49,491 nucleotides of DNA from Octopus bimaculoides (lineage: Eukaryota): NCBI RefSeq assembly GCF_001194135.2, contig NC_068989.1, forward strand, positions 92,802,048-92,851,538, written 5' to 3'. The translations under genes were made by a program, and so were the position numbers. How positions within the stretch are numbered: the stretch's first letter is position 1; every line of letters starts with the position of its first letter. Of this stretch, positions 36,061-49,452 are shown one piece after another. The notes under the pieces were generated by a model that saw only the letters and a program-made list of their open reading frames with translations, searched no databases and was not told the origin of the DNA.

Positions 36061-36655
36061 TATTGATACTAATAATATGTACTGGGGGCGATTCGTTCGA
36101 CAAAAAAAAAAAAAAAATCTTCAANNNNNNNNNNGTTCGACAAAAAAAAAAAAAAAATCTTCAAGGCGGTGCCCCAGCATGGCCGCAGCATAATGACTGA
36201 AACAAGTAAAAGATAAAAGGGAGGGAGGTGTGAACGAGAGATTATAATTTATTAATTAAACCTGTTTGGTATAAATAGTTCCCCTCAGATATTCACATCT
36301 GCAGAGCAAGTAACTTCTCTGGCCGTACAAGACATTTTCCCTGTCGCGAATACCTTTCCAAGTATGTTATATTCGCACCTGGTATAAGGTTTGATACGAA
36401 TATCTCACTAATGCTGTGCTCACAACTATTCCTTAACAGATGTGTGGCTGTTATTTGCCACAGGACAGTCTTTTGCGTGGATTGAATTTGTTCGTTTTAA
36501 CAATTGCATCATGCCGCAGAGCGAGGCACTCCGCGGATGACATGTTTTGGCTGGTTGTGGAATATGTGTATTATGCCCTCAACAGAAAAATGGCTTAATC
36601 GATTTTAAGGGCCTTTTTAAGATTTTAAGGAGTATATATGCATGTGCACACGCAG

Positions 36656-36701
<46 letters not shown>

Positions 36702-36710
36702 ATGTATGTA

Positions 36711-36793
<83 letters not shown>

Positions 36794-37158
36794 NNNNNNN
36801 NNNNNNNNNNNNNNNNNNNNNNNNNNNNNNNNNNNNNNNNNNNNNNNNNNNNNNNNNNNNNNNNNNNNNNNNNNNNNNNNNNNNNNNNNNNNNNNNNNNN
36901 NNNNNNNNNNNNNNNNNNNNNNNNNNNNNNNNNNNNNNNNNNNNNNNNNNNNNNNNNNNNNNNNNNNNNNNNNNNNNNNNNNNNNNNNNNNNNNNNNNNN
37001 NNNNNNNNNNNNNNNNNNNNNNNNNNNNNNNNNNNNNNNNNNNNNNNNNNNNNNNNNNNNNNNNNNNNNNNNNNNNNNNNNNNNNNNNNNNNNNNNNNNN
37101 NNNNNNNNNNNNNNNNNNNNNNNNNNNNNNNNNNNNNNNNNNNNNNNNNNNNNNNNNN

Positions 37159-37201
<43 letters not shown>

Positions 37202-37206
37202 CAGAC

Positions 37207-37288
<82 letters not shown>

Positions 37289-37730
37289 AACTGCTTGATA
37301 AACCTAAAGCAGCAAGTTTATCTAAAACGTATTGGCATATATATATATATAACATTACTTGTATGTGTGCATCTGAGCGAGGCTCCACGTGTGCTTAAAC
37401 AAAAGATGTATATCTGTGTAAATTAAAGTATCCGAATGTATGTTTGCACGTCAGCGAAGATAAACCTTCGAATAGAATTAACAAAAGCAACATGTGTTTG
37501 TAAATATAAACATATTCTTTTTTCGGTTCTTCTGTTTTACTTTCCATATCTGTAAATTCTCTGTTTGTGTTGCTGCGAGTGTGGCAAGAATTTCCACCCG
37601 AATCGTTTCGTTTCTTTAGAGCTGCGCGGTTTCTTCATGCCTCTGTTTGTGTTCGTGTGTGTATGAGTGTGCGTGCTTGCCGTGTGTGAGTGTGCGTGTG
37701 TGTGTGTGCGACGAGTACTCTATTTTATCG

Positions 37731-38036
37731 CACTCCCTCGGTTACGACGGCCAGGGTCCCAGCTGAAATGATCACGGGAACAGCTTGCTCGTGAAATTTA
37801 ACGCGCATGTGTCTGAGCACTCCATAGACACGTGTACCCTTAACGTAGTTCTCAGTGAGATTCAGCTTGACAAAGAGTGGAGCAAGGCTGGTCCCTTGAA
37901 ATAAAGGTACAACTCATTTTTGCCAGCAGAGTGAACTGGAGCAACGTGAAATAAAGTGTCTTGCTCAAGGACACAACGCGTCGCCGGGAATTGAACTCGT
38001 GAGTCTAATGCCGTAACCACTAAGCACGCGCTTTCA
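37731..38036 (-). mobile_element. SINE family C, near full length
   Basis: Reverse complement: gcgcgtgcttagtggttac...gagttcaattcccggcg...gtccttgagcaagacactttatttcacgttgctccagttcactctgctggcaaaaatgag...gtcgtaaccgagggagtg. Confidence 0.85.
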
Positions 38037-38852
38037 CTTATTTTATCGACTACAAAAGGATTAAGGCTTTGTCTCTGGTGGAATTTGAACTCAGAATCTA
38101 ATGATTCGGAAGAAATATCGCATGGTATTTTCTCCGACGTTTTATCATTCTATAATGATAATAATTCTTCTATAGGAACAAGGTTTGACATTTTGCGGAG
38201 GAAGCAAGTCGACGAGAAAAAGCAAAGTTCACCTCGGCGGGATTCGAGCTTCGAACAAGAAAAGCTCGAATAAAANNNNNNNNNNNNNNNNNNNNNNNNN
38301 NNNNNNNNNNNNNNNNNNNNNNNNNNNNNNNNNNNNNNNNNNNNNNNNNNNNNNNNNNNNNNNNNNNNNNNNNNNNNNNNNNNNNNNNNNNNNNNNNNNN
38401 NNNNNNNNNNNNNNNNNNNNNNNNNNNNNNNNNNNNNNNNNNNNNNNNNNNNNNNNNNNNNNNNNNNNNNNNNNNNNNNNNNNNNNNNNNNNNNNNNNNN
38501 NNNNNNNNNNNNNNNNNNNNNNNNNNNNNNNNNNNNNNNNNNNNNNNNNNNNNNNNNNNNNNNNNNNNNNNNNNNNNNNNNNNNNNNNNNNNNNNNNNNN
38601 NNNNNNNNNNNNNNNNNNNNNNNNNNNNNNNNNNNNNNNNNNNNNNNNNNNNNNNNNNNNNNNNNNNNNNNNNNNNNNNNNNNNNNNNNNNNNNNNNNNN
38701 NNNNNNNNNNNNNNNNNNNNNNNNNNNNNNNNNNNNNNNNNNNNNNNNNNNNNNNNNNNNNNNNNNNNNNNNNNNNNNNNNNNNNNNNNNNNNNNNNNNN
38801 NNNNNNNNCTTTAACCGGCATGCTAACGATTCTGCCAGTTCACCGCTTTATA

Positions 38853-39070
38853 ATCTTTTCTACTCTAGGCACAAGGCCCGAAATTTTTGGGGAGGGGGCC
38901 AGTCGATTAGATCGAGCCTAGTACGCAACTGGTACCTAATGTATCGACTCCGAAAGGATGAAAGGCAAAGTCGACCTCGGTGGAATTTGAACTCAGAATG
39001 CAAAGACAGACGAAATACCGCTAAGCATTTCGCCCGATGTGCTAACGTTTCTGCCAGCTCCCCACGCCTT
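38853..39070 (-). mobile_element. SINE family B, full length
   Basis: All family B blocks present; further minus-strand fragments at 38040-38250 and 38810-38850. Confidence 0.9.
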
Positions 39071-39662
39071 TCACCGCCTCATAATAATGACAAAATAATA
39101 TCATCAAACATGGTATTGTAAACTCAATACGTGGGATTCCACTCCAGACTCACAAATCTTAATCACGAAATACTACTTCAGTGAAGGACTCTATTATGCA
39201 GCTGTTTCTTTTACATTTGTATATCATTGTCTTATATGTGTTCCGATTATAAATGAGGATTTGATAAAAGAGAATCTTTAATAAGAAAAATACACTAGAC
39301 CAAATATACACATCTTTTCAAATTAAATAGACCAGGAGAAAAGTCATTATGTATATGTTTGTATCTGTATGTATCTGTATGTATATATACATATGTGTAT
39401 GTATGTATGTATGTATGTATGTATGTATGTATGTATGTATGTACGTATGTATGTATGTATGTACTTACGTATGTGTGTATGTGTATCTGTGTATATGTAT
39501 ATATGTATGCATGTATGTATGTGTGTATATGTCTGCTTGTATGTCTGCATGCATGTATGTATGTACGTACGTATGTATGTGTGTAAATGTATGTATGTCT
39601 GCATGGATGTATGTAACAAGCGAGAAAAAGAAAAAACGGGATTCACGAGATTCCTTATTTAA

Positions 39663-39707
39663 CACAACGATCGTTTCGACCCTTCTTGCATCGGTCCCTC
39701 GCGGGTG
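39663..39707 (-). ncRNA. Degenerate hammerhead-like motif
   Basis: cac-ccgcga-gg-GACC(gatgcaagaag)GGTC-GAAA-C-gatc-GTT-gtg; perfect palindrome AACGATCGTT at stem III, 5' core damaged. Confidence 0.45.
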
Positions 39708-40244
39708 AAATTCTAGACAACTGGTTGTGGTGCATCATTCGGAGTAGATGCGTCACGAAAGGTGACTTTTCAAAAGGTACCTCGCTCAATAAACTCAATT
39801 TACTACGATTATAATACATAATTTATTCTGTCATGTATCAAGCTGAAAGCGATGCCGTTTGTCAGTTGTTTTTCTAGAAGATAACGTTTAAGCACGAGAC
39901 ACTTGCAAAAAAGAAAAGAAAAAAAGAAAAACACAAGGGAGATAACAAACGTTACAATAACAATGTCAAGCAGACGTAAACTAGACATTAATGACTTAAC
40001 TAAGTGTCCGGTGGTCTACTCTTAAATTTCGACAAGATGAATATTTTGGAATGTGGGCACAAAGAAGAAATCTCGTTCCTCGAATTTATGTATTGTTGGA
40101 CGTTTACATGTAGTTTAATAGCGGAACGAGATATTTTCTTCATGTCCACACAGCAGAAAATACATCTTTTGCCGGAATACATATCTATATATATATGTAT
40201 TTAAATTATTCATGCATACATACATACATACNNNNNNNNNNNNT

Positions 40245-40420
40245 ATTCTTTTATTCTTTTACTTGTTTCAGTCACTTGACTGCAGCCATGCTGGAGCACA
40301 GGCTTTAGTCGAGCAAATCGACCCCAGGATTTATTCTTTGTAAGCCTAGCACTTCTTACATCGGTCTCTTTTGCCGAACCGCAAAATTGTGAGGACTTAA
40401 ACATACCAGCATCAGTTGTC
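40245..40420 (-). mobile_element. SINE family A, 3' tail
   Basis: ttcttttacttgtttcagtcacttgactgcagccatgctggagcac...tctcttttgccgaacc. Similar tails at 29592-29651 and 42200-42300 (-), and 1995-2065, 5060-5170 and 36080-36220 (+). Confidence 0.88.
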
Positions 40421-40764
40421 AATGAGTTATTATTATAATGTGTCTTCCATAGTAGCTTTCTCTATGTAACTTACAAAGCCTTTCGCGTTTGTTTACAAAT
40501 ATTATATGTAGTATTAGACAGTTTAAGTATATATTAAGTAAATTTGTCTGAGACTGATGGGTGAGCATTCGGCCAATCGGACATGCAAGGAGCCGTGTAA
40601 GCGTTGATTTGTGGGTTTGTATTTAATAATTGCTTGTATTTAATAACTGTCGCTTCAAATCAGAGAATAAATATTATTATTACGTTATATTATTATAGTT
40701 ATCATTATGCTATAGGTTTTCTAAACAGCTTTCTCTCTGTAACTTACAAAGACTTTCGCGTTTG

Positions 40765-40865
<101 letters not shown>

Positions 40866-41478
40866 CATGTATGTGTGTGTGCATGCATTTGTGCGCATAT
40901 ATATGTAGTACTAGAATTTATTATACTTAATGAAAAAATTGAAAAAGTGCCTTGTGGTATTCGCGATGCGCCAGGCTAGTCTTTCGCATTTCCCTCTATC
41001 AGTCACTAAAAAGACAATACTAGGCAGTTCCATCGACTACATATGTAAGTTCTATCCATCCATCCATCCATCCGTTTCGCTAAAGGAAGAAACATCCATG
41101 TTATTTGCATCCGTCCTTACTTCCTCAACTACAATGGATAGAGCAGCAGCATGAAAGAACACCCACTCAACAGCAGGAAGGTTCACGATGATGATGATGG
41201 TGATGATGATGATGATGATGAAGAAGATGATGATGAAGAAGATGATGAGGATAATGATGATGATGGTGGTGGTGACGACGACGACTTTATATCATCTCAT
41301 GCTCTGATGTCCACAGGCATGAGATGAGACAATTGCACTGAAAGCTTCAACTTGATGGTCGAAATATTGATCATGTGTATGCACATGCATGTGTGTTTGT
41401 GTGTGTCTGTGCGTGTATGTGTATGTATGTGTATATATATGTATATTTTATATATATGGATATGAATTTTCACTTATA

Positions 41479-41555
<77 letters not shown>

Positions 41556-42014
41556 GTACATACATACATACATACATACATACATGTGTATAGACACACA
41601 CATAATATATATTTATTGTTTAATAACATACATACATACATACACTCGCACACATACACACATGATGCATGTATATATGTAGACATCGTTTCTTGATGTC
41701 CAAACGCTAAACACAAAGGAAATAAAACGGCAACAACAACAACAAACACAGCAATATCAAGAAATGGCGGAAACAAACTTTTGCGCCGGAAAAAAAAAGA
41801 CGACGAGGACTGAGATAGTCGTGGCGGTGGTGGTGCTGGTGCTGGTGGTGGTAGTGGTGCTGCTGCTGCTGAGGTTCTTGTTATTGTTTGGGATTTTGTA
41901 TTATTTTTTTTCTTCTTTTGTCTTAAAAACAAGTTTCTTCCTTTTCTTTTTTCTCTTTGCGTGTTTGTTTCTGATCTTTGACGTTTTACCGACATGTCAG
42001 CTGGTCGTGTCAAA

Positions 42015-42064
<50 letters not shown>

Positions 42065-42615
42065 TGTGTACTCACATATATGAACACACATGTGTTTGTG
42101 TGCGTCTGTGTGTACATATATATATATATCTGCTCATACACATATACACACGGACAGATAGACAGACAGATATATACACAGACACACAGATAGGTAGGGA
42201 TATAGATGTTCTTTCATCGTTCTGTTTGTTTCGGTCTTTAGACTGTGTCAGACTGGAGCACCGCCTCGAAATATTTTTAGTCGATCATTTCGACCTGGGT
42301 ATACATAGATTTTTCACTCATATTGAGTTCGTATAGAGCAATAACATTTACAGATTTAACATAAGAGTTTTCAAGTTATTCTCGTGGCTAATTTTACGAT
42401 GTGAAATTATCTTGTCGTGTGTAAGTTTTCGCTGAAGCTGCGACTCTGATATTTCGAGAATTTTCTGAGAGAAGAACTGAGTTTAGATCTTTGAATTTTC
42501 CAAGCGAAATGTTTCAAATAAAATATGGAGAAGAAAAGAAAGAAAAAAGAATAGGAAAAGGGAACTAAAATATTGACATATTTTTGATACAACTTATCTG
42601 AAAGAAAAGTCAGTT

Positions 42616-42801
42616 GGCGAGCTGGCAGAATCGTTAGCACGCTGGACAAAAGCGGCGCTTTTTTCGTCTTCATACTCTGAGTTCAAATTCCGCCATGATC
42701 GAATTTGCCTTTCATCCTTTCGGGGTTGATAAATTAAGTAGCATTGGAATCGATCTAATCGACCAGTCCCCGTCCCTTAAATTGTGCCCAAATTTGAAAC
42801 C
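42616..42801 (+). mobile_element. SINE family B
   Basis: ggcgagctggcagaatcgttagcacgc...gagttcaaattccgcc...gcctttcatcctttcggggttgataaattaag. Confidence 0.88.
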
Positions 42802-43180
42802 AACACAACGTAGCGAAAGGAAAAGTTATTCCGCAATATAAAGTGTGTGTGTATGTGTAATATATTCATTGGTAAGATTTTGGTAGTGTCATGCCAAATG
42901 GGAAAACGAGTTGACATATTTCTAAGCAATTAAGTCATATGCGTCTGTATCCAGCTTGCGTTTGAGAACAAGCACACAAAAATAGATAAGACAATTTCTA
43001 AACCATCTGAATTTAAGCTGAGTAAACTTTTCCTCTGCCTTTTTTTCTCTTTTCCTCTCCATAAAATTGATGTGATTCCGTTCCTTTGTTCGTCTCTTTC
43101 TCACTTACTCTGTTCCCCTCTTATTATAACGAGCTCTATAGCTTGTATCTGCGAACTGTAATTATATCCTACTTGTTATT

Positions 43181-43223
43181 CAATACTGATGATGCAAAAT
43201 ATGCAAAAACAGATTGTTTACGG
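43181..43223 (+). ncRNA. Degenerate hammerhead-like motif
   Basis: caata-CTGATGA-TGCA(aaata)TGCA-AAAA-ca(gat)tg-TT-tacgg; G12 replaced by A, stem I weak. Confidence 0.35.
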
Positions 43224-43777
43224 ATATCGAGGTGTAAGAAGTATAAAGTATTAAATAAATTTAAAATTAATTGCATAAGCATAACGTTTTGACTCACTTA
43301 AAAAATCATTTTCACTTCTTTACTTGCTTCTCTCACACACGAAAGAAATGTACACCTAATCAGCGATCTCTTAATATGTGTGTGTATGTATACATGTATA
43401 CATGTATGTATGTATGGACGTATGTATGTATGCAAGTAGGTATATATACAAAGAAAGGAAGAAAGAAAGAAAGAGAGAAAGAAGACAGGAAGAAAAGAAG
43501 GAAAAAGGCGAGAAAGAAAGACTTGCTTTGTTATATAACACGCTTCGTGTAGTGCTTCTATCGTCGTTGTGTCCACGGTGTGTGCCTCACGCTCCACGTT
43601 CCCAGTTATACCACGTCTTCATCTGGCCATGAAGCTAAGCACCATGAAGCTAAGTGATTAAGTGTATGGTGTGTAGTATGACATATTGTACTCCCTCCAG
43701 TATTCAGTCTTTTTCTATAGGATCGACTTAATCCGTTTGTCTGGGATAGATAGAAAGATAGAGAAAGACAGACAGAC

Positions 43778-43845
<68 letters not shown>

Positions 43846-43989
43846 TCGCGTCAGAATAATAAAGTACAAACTTACTTGCAAAAAGGACGCGTGCGTTCGA
43901 TGATGTAATAATACAAAGAATATATATGCATGTATATACACATATATGTACATACTTACATCTACATGTGTATATAGATGCATATCAGG

Positions 43990-44566
43990 GTACAGGACGT
44001 TAGAACAATGAACTACAGACCACGGAACGAACACATAGGAAAAGAGATAGCCACTTGGAATTAATCCTTCGTCAGCTGCCTCTATTCTAACTAGATGTTT
44101 CGAAGATAAGGCATAACGTACTCTAGACTAGTCTCTTCCTGAGTAGTGGATCGACCCACTAAACAGAGGATTCCAAGGTGGCAAACACAAACCAAGACAG
44201 GAATAAATGGACATTGAAAACAACATTAAAAAGCCGTACGGCCAAACGCGAATCTGATGTAGAACGCTAATAGTTCGTCTCGCCTTCATAGAGGCTGGAG
44301 TGAAAAGAGAGTTGACCACAGGTCACACGTGAGCAGAGAGGATGGTAGAGGGAGGAAGTGGAACAAGAAGGAAGAGAGAGAGATGTGTATAGCAGTGAAA
44401 TAGAAGCCAGGACAACAGAAGGAAGCAGAATATATATATACTTGAGTATATAGGATTAATGTAATATAATGTGATATAAAGCTGAAGCAAATTAACACCA
44501 AATATACAGTGCGTGTGTTTTTATTGGCAAAACTGGCAATATGACCATCCCCAAGTACAACACACA

Positions 44567-44570
<4 letters not shown>
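43990..44570 (-). mobile_element. Unclassified repeat with an HHR-like remnant (possibly PLE-derived)
   Basis: 44480-44560 matches the arms of the 27956-28126 foldback; 44039-44087 reads on - as gaatagaggcag-CTGACGA-a-gga(ttaat)tcc-aagtgg-ctatctcttttc (stem I 10/12, GAAA lost). Confidence 0.45.
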
Positions 44571-44600
<30 letters not shown>

Positions 44601-44973
44601 NNNNNNNNNNNNNNNNNNNNNNNNNNNNNNNNNNNNNNNNNNNNNNNNNNNNNNNNNNNNNNNNNNNNNNNNNNNNNNNNNNNNNNNNNNNNNNNNNNNN
44701 NNNNNNNNNNNNNNNNNNNNNNNNNNNNNNNATACTCAAGTCGCTTCCACACAGTTTCTGTTTGTCGACAAATTCCAGTCACAAAGTATTGCTTATTCCG
44801 AATTTTCAACAAAAAGCGATTTTCCAAGATGTCGTGTAACGGGACCAAACCCAGAAGATTGTGTTTGAGAAGTGAGCTTCGCAACCACACGGTTATAACG
44901 CTGAAATTACATTTTAACTACTGACATTATAGTTAATATAATGTAACATAATGTAATAGAATGTTCGTCTTTC

Positions 44974-45005
<32 letters not shown>

Positions 45006-45589
45006 AACACTTTTGTATATGCTTCTGTATATGGATGTTTGTGTGTCTACGCACACATTTTAAGACATTTCTGTACTCGTCTCTGATTGGTTAAACAGAT
45101 GCTTTTTGTTTTTCTTTTTCTAACATTTAATATAGACCGAGAACGTGAAAGCGCGCTACGTGTGTGTACGTGTGTGTGTGTGTGTGTGTGTCTGCTTTTT
45201 CTTCTGTACAATTTTTTATTCAGGCAAAATATCTTTAAATGAAAATAAGTGTAACATCAACAATATAACGACAACACAGCGACGACGACACAAATTCAGC
45301 AAAAAACAAACAAAAAAAAAGATGTCTCTAGACAGATATGAAGGATATTTGTCTCGTTTTGCTTTTCATCTAAAATATATTTGCTGGTGATGTTTTTCTT
45401 GTTGTTGTTGTTGTCATCGTGTTGCTTTTTGCTTCGTTTACTCGTGTTCAGATGTTTTTGGTGTTTATGTAAAACTTCTGAAAAGATGTCAAGATTCGTC
45501 TCGGTGGACCAGGCGGGAGAGGAGGTGGTGGCAATTCAATTTATGATGCCACCCCAACACTTACACACGCGCGTGCGCACAGAGATATT

Positions 45590-45638
<49 letters not shown>

Positions 45639-45773
45639 TTATGTGTATATAAATACGCAGCGAATATTATATATAAAGAGAAATGGAGAGAGAGAGATGG
45701 TCAGTTGACAGATATACATCCTTACAGTGAAATATATATGCAGACATAGAGACATACACTTGTATGTATACAC

Positions 45774-45809
<36 letters not shown>

Positions 45810-45849
45810 ATGTATGTATGTATGTATGTATGTCATAAATGTCTCAAGA

Positions 45850-46704
45850 AGAGATAGTCAATTTGATAAGAAAACCCTGGCAAAGGCCTCATTCTGAACA
45901 AACAAACGAACCAACAGAACTTAAAACCTTTGCATTCGAATCATATTAAATCTCAAACCCACCAAGAAATTCTTAATCGCATTTGAAGAAAACTTGTTTC
46001 AATTCATGAAAAAGATCAATGCCAGAAGCTGTTGTCATTCTTCGCAGAAACTCTTAACTAACAAAATTTAAGACCTTCTGAAAAAAGTCAGAGAATATCT
46101 TCATCAACTCAGAAATAGACTTAAAACATTTTTTACGAGATTGACAAATCGAAAATTGTCTTCGTACACTATAACATCCATCTTCAATGCAAAATATTAT
46201 TTCTAGATTCAGTATAGGTGACTCCGAACCGCCAGTCGATCGTGTTTACTTTTAATGACCATAAGGAAACTTTTAACTGATCCACAGCAAAATAATAAAC
46301 ACCACCAAGACCTACATAGGCAAAAGTCATCGACGATTATTCCAAAGGTTGGGAGTTTGTCATGCTTACCTTTATGTGAAGGCGCGTGGCCTAACGGTCA
46401 GGGTTTTGCGCTCATTGTCGCCAGGTCTTAGGGTCGATTCCTGTACCGGGAGGTGTGTTCTTCAGCCAAACACTTCATTTCAAGTGACTCTAGTGCTGTT
46501 TGGAGGCCGGCACGTTGAACAATGAACCCAATGTTTCTTTCTGACCTTGGAAAAAAAGCCTTACCAGTCACAACTACCCAAAAACAGAGCCATGAGTTGG
46601 AAGGTTGCTGCCTGAGTTGTGTAGAGGTATCATCGGTCAGGAATGGTAAGAAATCACCAATAAATGGTGGATGCAGCGACTCACTATTGCAGCTCATGTC
46701 CCCA

Positions 46705-46744
<40 letters not shown>

Positions 46745-46754
46745 NNNNNNNNNN

Positions 46755-46796
<42 letters not shown>

Positions 46797-47270
46797 TACT
46801 GTTACCTTTATGGAATAGCACTGCGATTATCGACGGGTTCAAAGCCATGCCTAATAAGCGTAGGTGCACCATTTTTTTCCAATTTGATATCCGTATCAAT
46901 TACTTGTTTGTTAACAAATCACTTTTCCTTAAACTAATACATTTTGCAAAAAATGTCAGGAATTAAAGCATAAATATTCCTATTTGTGCGCCGCACTTTT
47001 GTAAGTACAAAGACTCTATCTGGATCAATAAGCACTCCACTACGACCATTGACATTAATATGTGTGCTAGCGGCTCGATTGAGAAGAGCGACTTTATCAG
47101 CATTTACTTCCTACATAAAATTAGGGGTCATATACGCGGTGGGGATGGGGGAGGGCTGCACGAAGACGACTACTTTCTTGTCGGCAATAACTAAAACCGG
47201 TGATAAGCTGAAGTATCCAATACATAAAATGCAGAGTAATATGTTTTATGTATATTTACATATTAACAAG
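45850..47270 (+). mobile_element. Decayed Penelope-like element reverse transcriptase ORF, interrupted at about 46378-46800
   Basis: Ordered motifs across frames: LIAFEENLFQFMKKINAR (45973), VFTFNDHKETF (46242), KIINTTKTYIGK (46289), WNSTAIIDGFKAMPNKRRCTIFFQFDI (46811), WINKHSTTTIDINMCASGSIEKSDFISIYFLHKI (47021), GLHEDD (47153). These parallel the recalled PLE RT motifs FExDL, TLKDHKxNF, RLINPxKSEIG, WxNTxxVIxWF...FDI, WxKK...FDVTMGSxDGAE and GLYRDD. Confidence 0.75.
46378..46485 (+). mobile_element. SINE family C 5' fragment inserted into the PLE ORF
   Basis: aaggcgcgtggcctaacggtcaggg...gggtcgattcc...gtgttcttcagccaaacacttcatttca. Confidence 0.6.
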
Positions 47271-47289
47271 GATGCCTTCGCTTCATTCG

Positions 47290-47327
<38 letters not shown>

Positions 47328-47700
47328 TGAATATATATAATATTTATATATGTTATATTGCTTGTAATATTCAATTTATAAAATAAGACTGTCTGTTGCA
47401 TCATCGATATATCTGGCTGCATCATTTATTTTCTTTGTGTATTGCCCGTTCGTCAAATTATCTGAGTAGTCTCAGGGACTGATGTAACGACAGCATTAAT
47501 TAAATATTTACAATCTTCTTTCGATGATGTATACATACATACTTATATATAAATATTAATATATATATATATATAATACTTACACAAAACTCCTCGCGAA
47601 CATACATATATCAATATATATATATATATAGATATAAGTATACACAGACATATGTACATCCATGTTTATATATACACACACATACACATATATTATACAA

Positions 47701-47760
<60 letters not shown>

Positions 47761-47883
47761 TGTTTGTCTGAAAAGACCGTGAGAGAATGAAATAGGGATA
47801 TATTTAGAAACAGAACTGAATACTTAAGTATATTATGGAAGTTATCATGACGTTAATGCTATTACAGGAGACAAAACAATGTC

Positions 47884-47927
<44 letters not shown>

Positions 47928-48057
47928 CACAGACAGAAAGACAGAAAAAAAACAAGACTAAAGAAATGAAATTTGAAAGTCATACAGCAAACTAAATGAA
48001 CCACATTAATGGTGGTGTAAAATAACTGTACTTAACTTTATGATAAATACTTGCTTT

Positions 48058-48113
<56 letters not shown>

Positions 48114-48829
48114 ATGTTGTGTTTTTTTTGTGTATGTGGTTTTTAGCCCTAAGTGAAATCTAATCGAACGGAATGGGTCGAAAGGCTATTCTAGTTGAGA
48201 GAGTCATTTTNNNNNNNNNNNNNNNNNNNNNNNNNNNNNNNNNNNNNNNNNNNNNNNNNNNNNNNNNNNNNNNNNNNNNNNNNNNNNNNNNNNNNNNNNN
48301 NNNNNNNNNNNNNNNNNNNNNNNNNNNNNNNNNNNNNNNNNNNNNNNNNNNNNNNNNNNNNNNNNNNNNNNNNNNNNNNNNNNNNNNNNNNNNNNNNNNN
48401 NNNNNNNNNNNNNNNNNNNNNNNNNNNNNNNNNNNNNNNNNNNNNNNNNNNNNNNNNNNNNNNNNNNNNNNNNNNNNNNNNNNNNNNNNNNNNNNNNNNN
48501 NNNNNNNNNNNNNNNNNNNNNNNNNNNNNNNNNNNNNNNNNNNNNNNNNNNNNNNNNNNNNNNNNNNNNNNNNNNNNNNNNNNNNNNNNNNNNNNNNNNN
48601 NNNNNNNNNNNNNNNNNNNNNNNNNNNNNNNNNNNNNNNNNNNNNNNNNNNNNNNNNNNNNNNNNNNNNNNNNNNNNNNNNNNNNNNNNNNNNNNNNNNN
48701 NNNNNNNNNNNNNNNNNNNNNNNNNNNNNNNNNNNNNNNNNNNNNNNNNNNNNNNNNNNNNNNNNNNNNNGTTAGCAAGCTTCTTACCACACAGCCGCGC
48801 CTGCGACTATTATATATATATATATACAC

Positions 48830-48986
48830 GACGGGCTTCTTTTAGTTTCCATCTGCGAAATCAACTCACGGGGCTTTGGTCGGACCGAGGCTATAGTTGA
48901 AAACACATGCCCAAGGTGCCATGCAATGGCACTCAACCCAGAACCATGTGATTGGTTAGCAAGCTTCTTACCACACAGCCGCGCCT
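48830..48986 (-). mobile_element. SINE family A, 5' half
   Basis: gacgggcttcttttagtttcc...ccaaggtgccatgcaatggc...aagcttcttaccacacagccgcgcct. Confidence 0.88.
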
Positions 48987-49452
48987 GCGACTATTATATA
49001 TATATATATACACACACACACAACGATTCTGCCAGCACGCCGCCTATTTTAATAATATTAGTAATAGCAGTAAGAAGAAAAAGAATGTTGTTAGCTTTTG
49101 ACAATCACGCCATATGTGTCAAAAGATTATAGTATTTTTATTCAGGAAAGAATAACGTACTTTAATGCAGTTTCTAAGTGCAAGATGCCATAGTTTCGGT
49201 AGATAATCATGTCAATTATTGCTTTTTATTCTCTTTCATTTTTGCTTTTATCTTTTGTTTATTGTTTATACCGCCACGCAATCGCCCAATTTTGTATAGA
49301 CGATGAGTGAACAGACACGCTCAGTGGCTTCTATTTGTGCGCATGCACACACACACACACACATACTTACACAATACACATACACACACTCACACACACA
49401 CAGATATATATATACAGATAGATATACAAATATATGTATGTCTTTGGGTGTG

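Noticed and set aside
41121-41330. Minus-strand donor GAA|GTAAGG and a plus-strand acidic mini-ORF
   Set aside because: The open frame runs through a trinucleotide tract; no acceptor or homology support.
41764-42091. Overlapping ORFs with hydrophobic or Pro-rich stretches
   Set aside because: Driven by GGT/GCT/CAA repeats and T runs; could be a UTR, but no CDS can be supported.
46277-46370. KTYIGKSHRRLFQR as a GIY-YIG motif upstream of RT (permuted PLE)
   Set aside because: It follows DHKETF and aligns better with the RT N-terminal RLINPxKSEIG motif, so it is no evidence for an N-terminal endonuclease.
46935-47110. Minus-strand exon-like frame EVNADKVALLNRAAS...
   Set aside because: It is the exact antisense frame of the PLE RT remnant.
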